Assembly (NCBI GenBank): GCA_048013815.1 | Contig: CM106585.1 | Location: forward strand, 14,818,001-14,882,000 | From: Setoptus koraiensis | Taxonomy: Eukaryota > Animalia > Arthropoda | Direction: 5' to 3' | DNA: 64,000 nucleotides | Shown here: one piece after another, positions 13,381 through 22,671 of the stretch | Numbering within the stretch: the first letter of the stretch is position 1 | Layout: every line of letters begins with the position of its first letter | Position numbers and translations under genes: made by a program | Notes under the pieces: generated by a model | What the model saw: the letters and a program-made list of their open reading frames with translations, nothing else | What the model was told of the DNA's origin: nothing | The model's database searches: none

Positions 13381-13460
13381 GCAGCCCCAGAGCCTCGCAG
13401 CCTAAGAGCCTCGTATCGCCAGAGCCTGGCAGCCTAAGAGCCTCGCAGCCTAAGAGCCCG
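13381..13460. repeat. 16-bp tandem repeat x5 (gcagcctaagagcctc)
   Basis: Units at 13381, 13397, 13413, 13429 and 13445. Confidence 0.93.
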
Positions 13461-14649
13461 AATCCCGAAGCAACTGCGAGTGTCTGGCGCGGCTTAGTTG
13501 CAAGTGGCAACTGTTGGCCTCCCAAACTAATAAACTGGCGATGCATCATAATGGTTCGCGAAAAGAATGGCTGACCATCATTATTACCTTATATCGCGCT
13601 TTTTGTTGTTATTATTATTGCCATTATGTAATTCGGAGTGGCAAGTAACGGTCAGTGGTGGCCATTGTCGTTGTTGTTGTTGTTGCGTTATCGAGCTGTG
13701 AGCGAAACGGCAACATTGAATCAGATCGAGTAGAATCGTTCGGATTGAATTGGATTGGATCATCACATTAATTGATTTCGCTGACTGGACTCTGATGATT
13801 GTTTGCAAAACGAAACAAACGCTTTGGCCCGTCCAGGGGGCGCCCAAAGCTGCCCTTAGGTGTCCCTCTCTCATCTTTCACGTGAAAGTCTTTTGGTCTC
13901 TTTGGTGTTTCGCTTGCGCGCGACACGACTTTTCTACGATCTGGCGCCCCATTTGTAATTGCTTCAGCTCTCCTTTTCTCGTCACTGTGAATAGTGAGTG
14001 GGGTCAGTGTGAGAATAACGGCATTCGAATAACTGCCGCTATATTCGAGCAGTTATTTAGGCAAATAATTTCCACTAGAGCAAGCATAATAACTATTAAG
14101 TAGCCCCATACATGACACGATGTGTGCTAGTATGTGTGTGTGTCGGTGTGGCTCGGCCAGCAAACAATGCTGCCGGCCCCATTGTTGCCGGTCGCTTTGT
14201 CGAGTTGCTGGCGAGCTAAATCAATTCGTTAAGTTCGGCGCAATTGAATCAAACGAATTAAACAGCGAATTGCAAACAAAACAACAAACGGCCAAATCGG
14301 GCCTCGCGAGCAGATAAAAGCAGCAATTAAATTCGGCCCTCGCTCCCAATTGATTTAGCTCATCTGGACGGGCCCAAATCCGGCCTCTTGCTCGGCCCCC
14401 ATTTAAGGGGCCCCAATCTCTTTTTGTGGGGCCACTTGCTGCTCGCAAGCGGCCGCTGGCGCTCGTCACGCTTCACCTGCCGGCGGCGTGCTGGTCGCAA
14501 ACTGCTGCTCGCTGTTGGCAGAGCTGAGTGGCCAATGGCAAAAGTGGCCGTGATTGGCAAAAATGTCCAAATGTCCAGTGTGATCGACACACAAACTTGA
14601 TCAGCATTCAAAATATTCCGCCGTTGCAGCGCTGAGTCAACGCGATTGA

Positions 14650-14715
14650 GCGAAAATTGGGCAAAAATTGAGCAAAAATTGAGAAAAAATCGAGCGAAAA
14701 TCGGACAAAAATCTC
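14650..14715. repeat. 11-bp tandem repeat x6 with phased A-tracts (gcaaaaattga)
   Basis: Units at 14650, 14661, 14672, 14683, 14694 and 14705. Confidence 0.9.
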
Positions 14716-14972
14716 TGGCTGAATGAGGCGCGATACCTGATGCAATCCGAAGAGTTCAAACTGGAGAGTTGCTGTTTTGTGCGAGATACCGCGCACTCAC
14801 TTCCGACTCTTGGGGCCCGCGACGAGGGGAGCCTGGCGCTCTATTTTTACTTATTTTCCTTCTTTATTTATTGTTGTTGCTTTATTTATTGTCGTTCGGC
14901 CAAGCAGGACGAGCTTGAGTGGTGGCGACGACGGTGAGAGCAGTAGTTAAAAGTTGCCCGTCTCACTGGTGT

Positions 14973-15009
14973 TTGATTTTGGAGTTTGGACTCCAAACTC
15001 CAAAATCAA
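14973..15009. repeat. Perfect 37-bp palindrome (18-bp arms, 1-nt spacer)
   Basis: TTGATTTTGGAGTTTGGA-C-TCCAAACTCCAAAATCAA. Confidence 0.97.
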
Positions 15010-18000
15010 CTCCAAAGTTCGGAGAGAAAAGAACGGACGAAACTTGTAAACTTGTTTGCGACAGGCCAGATATTATCGCCACCACTAAATCACTATTTGT
15101 GATCCATCTGAAAAGATCTGTTGTCTCGCTGTTAGCGCTGTTAGCGCTGCACATATTATGTTAGAGCGAGCCTCGTGCCACGAGTTGTATCATCGAGTTG
15201 TATCATTACATCATAGGCGCGATCAGTGGGCCCCATGAGGGGCCCGCTAAAGGCCGTGAGAGATAGCTAGCTGGCGATAGTTTTTGAGGAAAAACTTTGG
15301 CCACTTTTAACTATTTATTTGTACGTATTTGTAGGCGCGTTGTTGTAGTCTGACATGTCGACTTACTCGTGTCCACTACAAGTTGCAGTCGACGCTGAGT
15401 CAGTCAAAAGCTGACCCCAACAGCTCACTGCCGACCGGCTAACAATGCCGGCTAACCGGCCACCGCCAATCATGGCTATTTGGCGTATAGATGAGTGTGA
15501 TTGTGATCGCTTGAGTGATCTCTGGCTGTGCCGCAGACAACAACCAAAGTGGAAATGAAAAACGTTTGAGAAAAACATTGCCAGAGACATTGTGAGAATC
15601 AGCGCCGCTATCTCGGCAACATATCGCCGGCAACAACGGCACAGATCAACAGATCGGGTGAAATTGAATTTAGTTCAGCGTCGGATATTCATTCACGACT
15701 GGCGTTATACGAGAGATCAACGAGATCAATAAATAACCGTCACCTTGAGCGCCGTTCGCATTTGAACAAACCGAGCCGAGCTCGAGTATCATAGAGCCCG
15801 ATGATTAGTCGATTGTTTGAGGGGCCGCGAGCGAAGACGACCAATGGTGCGCCTTGTCGACACACACCAACCCACACAGCGAGGCCGGATAAAAGTGCTC
15901 GCCGGCGAGCATTGCCACGAGAACAACGTGCACGCCAGAACAAATGAACAATCAATTCAATGAAGCGTGAATCTTAATTGTTGTCGGAGGAACAAGAGGC
16001 AACTTTAATTTACTTTATAATACTTGTACTTGCGACTTGCAACTTCCGAGGGCCCCGGCCGGCTTTGCCGGCAAGTGGCGGCCGGGCCGGCGACGTGCCA
16101 AGCGACGGAGTGAGTCAAGTTTGTTTGTTTGTCTGTCTGAGAAGAAGGCGATTAGTCATGTGAGATGATTGTTTGTGAGCGAGCCAACAGCGCCATCTGG
16201 CGACCGTCGATCGCCGGCACGCAATTCGCAAGAATTCTGACGGGGGCCCCATTCTCCACACATTGTGCCCACTATTTTCGAAGGGTCCCCCCCCCGTTTG
16301 GAAAGGTTTGAAATGGTTTGGAAAGGTTTGAAAGGCGCCGGCGACGACGGTGCAAGATTTCAAAAATCTGCTCCGACAGTCTTGCTCTGGTGCACATGCT
16401 GATGCTTCGTGATAAGCGCGGCCATCGGGCCGCCCGATGTGTAATCACTACTAGTCAGTGGGGCCAACAATAAAAATATAGAGCATAAATCATTAATTAT
16501 TTGACCTAGCGCCGGTTGACATAAGCAAATCGATTTCAGTGGGGCCACGATTAGGTGGCGCCACTGAAATAGGCTTATCTAAGCGGTGTAGCCGCGGTTG
16601 TTGTTGCCATTCCGCTCTTGGGGCCGGGCGGACACAGATACAAGACGCTGATACTGATGGTGGCGCTGGATGTTAATAATATTGATAACACAAACAGCAC
16701 CTATATGCCGCCGGCAGCCAATATAAACATACATGTGCTGGCGCGAGACGCCGGCCCCGGCCCCCGCGACGTGCGCCAGCGTCCAGACTCCGGCTGGCTG
16801 CAACAGGAAACAAAGGGTAATCAGTTGTTTCGCAACAATCATCGGAGGCCGTGGCGATTGCAATGATCGCTGATGCGTGATCCCAATTGCAACTGTGCAA
16901 TTGTTGTTGCTGTTGTTGTTGTCGTTGCTGCTGTTCTCGTTATCTCTCTATGGGGGCGAGAGGGGCCAACCTTAAAGACAGACAAACCTTATAAATAAGA
17001 ATGAGAACACGGCACAGCACGGCACAGTATAAAGTGCAAGAGTATAAAAGTAGAAGAGTTGAGTAGGCCAGTTCCGGTTTGAAGAATGCGTGCCGATGGA
17101 GTTGTGTGCCGAGCAGGCAACAACAATTGATGGCCACCAACTGATTCGGTGGGCGCCGGCGCCGCCGCCCCGGAGCTTATCGTTGTTCGCTGCTCGCTAG
17201 ATGGGGCCCCCCTAAATTAAGCACTGCGTGCCGTATATTGCTATTATTGCTTATATCCAGATCTCTCAGATGATGATGATCGAGCAAATATAATTGTTGT
17301 GCGCGCATTTGTGATTGCCACACTCAGATATTGCGCGAGCAACAACAACGCCAACAACAACGACAACAACAACGACAACAACAACGACAACGGCCACGCC
17401 GACAGGAGCTACAAACAATAATAAAAGATTCTTCTTTATCCTATCTGTTCGTTGTAACGCAGTTCGCTCGCGTCTCTAGCTCGTGCGGCGCCCCGTTTCG
17501 ATTGTTGATCATTTGCTCGTTTGTATCGGGCCCAACTGTAAATTGCTAGCAACCGGCCGACTGGCGGCAATTTGTTACCGTGTGTAATGTAAAATGGGTG
17601 CGTATAATGCAAATCCATAATCTGTTCATCATTAACAGGCCCCAACGTGGCCTCTATGAGCGGCGATAATGGAGGCGCTGGCACAGTTTGCGCGAGATAA
17701 CAGTTTGACACTTTGTCGCGGCCTAGTGACGAACAAACAAATGAACCAAGATATTACTACTACTTATCTGGCTGCATCATCGCGCCAACATGCACGGGCC
17801 CACATGATGACCAATGACGCAACGGAGCTCGTCGTGGGCGTCGGAATGCGATTCGGATTGAGCCGTCGTGGCGCCGCCTTGTAATGTGTTATGCGCAAAT
17901 TAACTAACTCTTTCCCGAGTTGCTGTTAGCCTAACAGTGTTGGGTTGCCGACATTCGCCACTTATAGACAAGCGGCCCCATTTTTGCCAATACGCACTGA

Positions 18001-18270
18001 CATTTGTTGTATTCAGTGTTATTTGTGGCACACACACACACACACACACGCATGCCGAGATAACGGGCGAGCCGAAAATAATAATAATTGTCACCGCGAT
18101 ACACACGATAATGAGCACGAGAGTTATAAGTTATAAGCGGACGACTTGTAAGTTATAACTCTTGCGCTCGTTGTTGCACAATGGCAGCAATAATGATAAT
18201 GGGCACCCATTGCAAATAGGGGACCAGTCGAACGCAAATGCCAAAGAGAACGCCAGAGAGGCTCTCGGAG

Positions 18271-18350
18271 CCGAAAAGAATGGCGAGAAGCCGAAGAGAA
18301 TGGCGAGCAGCCGAAGAGAATGGCGAGCAGCCGAAGAGAATGGCGAGCAG
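18271..18350. repeat. 20-bp tandem repeat x4 (ccgaagagaatggcgagcag)
   Basis: Directly visible. Confidence 0.95.
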
Positions 18351-21018
18351 CGATTCGCTGGTTGCGCAAACGAAACGGGCGAGAAAGTGGCACTTGGATA
18401 AACTAGGTGAGTAGCGGCCCATTATCTTGATAATAATCTAATGATGATTAGAGAGCGCGCTAGCGCTGGCGAGATTTCGCGCCAGAGATATATCTCATCA
18501 AGTATCAATCGTGAGCAAGCAGCAACTATAAATAAGTTAACTATAAATAAATGGTGGCGCTGCAAGGCGGCCAAACCGGCCGGCAGCAATGGGGCCGCGA
18601 ACGGAAATTGGTTGGTGGCCGTAAGAAATTCGCCCGAAGAAATGGACGGACGACACTATATGCGGTTGGATATGTGCACGTATGAGGCTTGATATGTGCA
18701 AGTACGTGGCCGGGTACGTGCCAGTGTGCACGGTCGGATATATTGCGAGATTGGATCAAATTCTCTCTATCTGTTCGCCGACAATTGTGTATCGGAGAAC
18801 AGATAGAGAGAATTGTCTTGAAATAAATGAGATGTTTGCTGGATGAGGACTCAAACAAAATGTAGATGTATTCAAATGACGACATGTCATCTGGTGCTTG
18901 TGAGTCATCATATCTACGATCATCAATGCGTTGCGATGCCATTCAATCGTTTCTCGGACCAGATACCAACCGCACTGCAACCATTGTTGTGGTTGTTGTT
19001 GTTGTTGTTGTTGGTGCTGCTGTTGTTGTTTGAGGCCACTTATCAATTCAACATGACGACTTGTTGTTGAATCGCCGCCGTCTCAAGTGTTCGGCCGCAG
19101 TTGATCCGTGCCCAGTTTGATTTGCATACCAGCCGACCAGTGGCCGCTTGCGCCAACCACTGGTGCGCCCGTCGATGTGTCCATCGTTGCTGGTGTCCAT
19201 CGTTGGGGCCCGCAAGCGTCAGGCGTCCAACGACAGCAACGATAATGGCACTTACTGCTGCTCTCGTTTACCCATTGACTTAATAGATCGGCGCACTGCC
19301 GACCATACGACGCGCTGGCGACATTGGCCAAAGCGAGCGACTTGGATTTGTTGGCAAAAAGTAACGCATTTCGATTTTGTGACAAACTGTCTCTCGCTGA
19401 CTGGACGGCCAATGCGCGCACTGGCCACTGCGGCAACCGGGGCCCGCGTCCAACGATCGCCGACACGACCAATTGTTGTAAAAGCGGGCCCGCAATTGAC
19501 ATGCTTTGAGTGAGTCTTAAGTGGTTGACCATTAGTTTGTGGTTAGCGACGACACACGGCCACCACTCTGGTCTAGCGAGCAAACTCTTGCTTTTCGGCG
19601 CCCGTTACGTCAACAGTTTTGTTGCTTGCTTTCCGCTATCACTGCTGTTGTCGTTGTTGCTGCTGTTGTCGTTGTTGCTGCTGTCGTCGTTGTTAGATTA
19701 ACAACGGACAAAAAGAAATTTGTTGTTGACACAGACTATAAATCAATAATCAATTGCTGACAGGCACTACATGGCGCCAACTCGCCACTCCAGCTACAAG
19801 CCTCGCCGTTGTCCAACGCCATCCACCGACTCCAAGATGCTAACGGTCATCCGGCGAACGAAGCCAGCGTGTCCATCATTAAAAAGTGGTTTGTTTTATC
19901 AATTCTATTCAGTTCAGTTCGGCTCCGTTCGGCCCGTTTGGCTCGAATCGCGGCGACTGCTCCGCCGGACGCTGGCTCAATCCACTTCATGCTGCCCACC
20001 GATGCTGATAGTGAAAAATATTATGATCCCGCGCCTAAGCCGATAAGACCATCGATAAGATGGCACAACATGGCTGGCTACACACACACGCATCTAGCAT
20101 GTGGACTAGATTTAGTTAACAAGAGATATTGGTGTGATAGATATCTCACCAGTTACTGGCGACAGCGTTCATACTGGCATCGCAATTCAGATGTAACACG
20201 ACGGTCATCAATTCAAGTGTCAGTGGTTGTTTGTTTGGATGACATGGGACGCAACCAAATCAATATTTTCTCGGTGCTCGCATTAGCGCTCCGTGCGGAC
20301 ACACCGTGGCGCTCACATCGAGGCTGGCTCACTAGATGGCCCGAATGGGGCCCCGCCAGCATCCACAACCAGGACAAAGCACAAATTAAGCACGAATAAG
20401 CAGCTCATTTTGTGTGTGACAGGTAACAGCACTATTGAGTCGCCATTAGCACTTATTCAGTGTGACTTATCCAGAGCTAATGATAACTTATGGCTCTATA
20501 GCAGCACATTAGTGATATGCATAAATGGTTAAGCAATGACTACTATTACATAATGGCGCCCATATGCACAATGCAGCCGGTTTTGTGTCACGAGTTTGTG
20601 GGCGAGTTACAAGTTGCAACTGGCCGATTGGGCACACACACATCACAATGGTTGCCAGTGGCACAACGAGGCCAGTCAAGTCAAAGGCGACAAAAGTCAA
20701 AATGAGGCCCCACACAAATGCCAATGACACAGCGTATTGTATCGCGAAATGGCAAATAGTGATAATAATGACGCCGTTTCCATTTTATTATAACAAAAAA
20801 TATGCCGCCAGACACGATCGCAATGGTAGAATTAGTGGCGCCACAAATACCAGCGGCGGCAGCAGCAGCAGTGGATATAATAAGAATAGTAGTAATAATA
20901 ATGGCAATAATAATCAGTATCAGTTTGAATATGCGATCGTTAAGCTTGCGGTTGCCAGTGTGGCACTGGCTGGTGGTTGCGGTTGCGATTGCGACTGCAG
21001 TTTGTGGTTGCGGGACAA

Positions 21019-21049
<31 letters not shown>

Positions 21050-22153
21050 GCACAAACAAATCAGAGGAGGATTTCCAATGCTCACGGGCTTAACTTTGCG
21101 GGCCCCACTAATACGCACGACGGCAGTCGCACCAGCACACCGACGCTCGCCACCAAACAAAAGATAAATAATAGACAGTCACTGTTATTATTATTATCAT
21201 CTCGTGATTACTATTAAAAATTTTCTATTATTACTATTACCATTACTGGTGGTATTATTATTATAATTTATAGTGATCATTAGTAATAGTATATTAGCAG
21301 TGGGGGCCAGCAAACTAATAACTAGCTCGCATCTAGCTGCAGGGCATTAAAGCGCATTAGCGATAGCCAGAAACAAGGAGACCCAAACAGAGAGTTGATA
21401 TCGATGGTATCAATTTCCCTTTGTTGTTGTTTGCGCGTTGCCGTGTACGAATAAGTCTCCATTTCACCCGTTCGAGCCAGCCGGGCTTCGAGGCTCGCTC
21501 CTCGATACGCGCCCCTCGTCCAGTTGCTCTCCCATCCGTCCGTTATCCAGTCAATCCGGCGACTGGATAACTGGATGACGTTGTGAGGAACTGCCACTAT
21601 TGTGTGTTATTTCATAGTTCAGTTATGGATGACGACTGGCACTGCTCATGCAAATACACCGCCACTGAGGAGAGTGACAAAAAATAAAACTTATATGCCT
21701 CACTGAGTTACGTGATATATTCATGATGCACGTCCATTCAGCACGTGCTGTCCACAGTGTGTGTGTGTGTGTGTCGGGCTTAAAACACAACCGCAGCCAA
21801 AAGTCCAAAAGTCAACACCACCAAAAATAGATGAGAAATCATTTTTTGTATTGGCTACACGGCCACCACCGCGATGGATCCAGTGCCACCATCGCCGTTC
21901 AGTCGCTCGATAATTGTAACCATCTCATGCGGCCCAGTCGGTAGGGGCTTACAGCAAACGCATCATCGACAGAAATGGCTGCTGTTACGTAAGAGCACAT
22001 GAGTCCATTAGTATAAAGTTTCGAGTTTGTCTTATCTCACAAGTTGCCAGACTAATTAATCAAACTCATTAACCATGCCTATCTGTGGCCAATACCTTCT
22101 GAAAGTAGCGTACATGTCACATTATGCAATGACCACTCACACTGATATATGTG

Positions 22154-22225
22154 GGGGATGTAGTGTAGTGGTATCGCGTTCCCTTCGCATGGGAAAGGTC
22201 CCGAGTTCGATCCTCGGCGTCTCCA
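22154..22225 (+). tRNA. tRNA-Ala (anticodon CGC)
   Basis: Cloverleaf GGGGATG...CGTCTCC-A with a G3:U70 pair (Ala identity element). Anticodon stem TTCCC/GGGAA with loop TT-CGC-AT (CGC at 22186-22188). T-arm CCGAG-TTCGATC-CTCGG. Internal A/B boxes present. Confidence 0.95.
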
Positions 22226-22231
22226 CTTGAC

Positions 22232-22236
22232 TTTTT
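22232..22236 (+). terminator. RNA polymerase III terminator (T5) of tRNA-Ala
   Basis: TTTTT run 6 nt after the discriminator base. Confidence 0.75.
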
Positions 22237-22671
22237 GCCAGCGCATTTTGTGTGTGCCATTGTGTGCGGAGCGGGCCGGTTCGCGGCGAATCGCCGGCTT
22301 CCGTCATCCCTTACCCGTATCATACGGGCCGTATGTGCCTACTCCGCTAGCAAACTCTCCATGCCGCAATGTCCGCTCCCATAGTCGGTCTTTCGCCAAA
22401 TGGGCGGGCCTGTCGCCAGTGCGGTGCACCGTCAGCGAGCATCTGTGCACAGATAAATAAAAATATGCTCGCCTTCGACCAATGTAAAAAGTGCATTTTC
22501 GATGATGTGTCTGAAATGAAAATCACCAACTAGCCCATTATATCATACTGGTAGTTATATTATCATCAGAGCCGATAATTTTTGTTTTGTCTCGTTTCAA
22601 CCGGCCAAATCAACCGACACACGCCGATTCGATCATTTCGGGCAACAACCATTCAAATTTCAATTTTAGCC

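Noticed and set aside
13381-18350. Tandem repeat arrays as possible CRISPR
   Set aside because: Units are contiguous with no unique spacers, there are no cas genes, and the context is eukaryotic.
960-21900. Known arthropod miRNA hairpins
   Set aside because: No mature sequences of conserved families were recognised, and the hairpins found are too short or have 1-nt loops.
1-22100. Dozens of 60-235-aa ORFs on both strands (e.g. 6561-7268, 6937-7587, 19809-20399, 20564-21217)
   Set aside because: No recognisable domains. They overlap on both strands, often start at TTG/GTG, and are explained by GC richness, microsatellites and tandem repeats whose units are not multiples of 3.
22582-22671. 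N-terminal extension of beta-COP in the ORF track
   Set aside because: It begins at TTG; family homology starts at the ATG at 22672.
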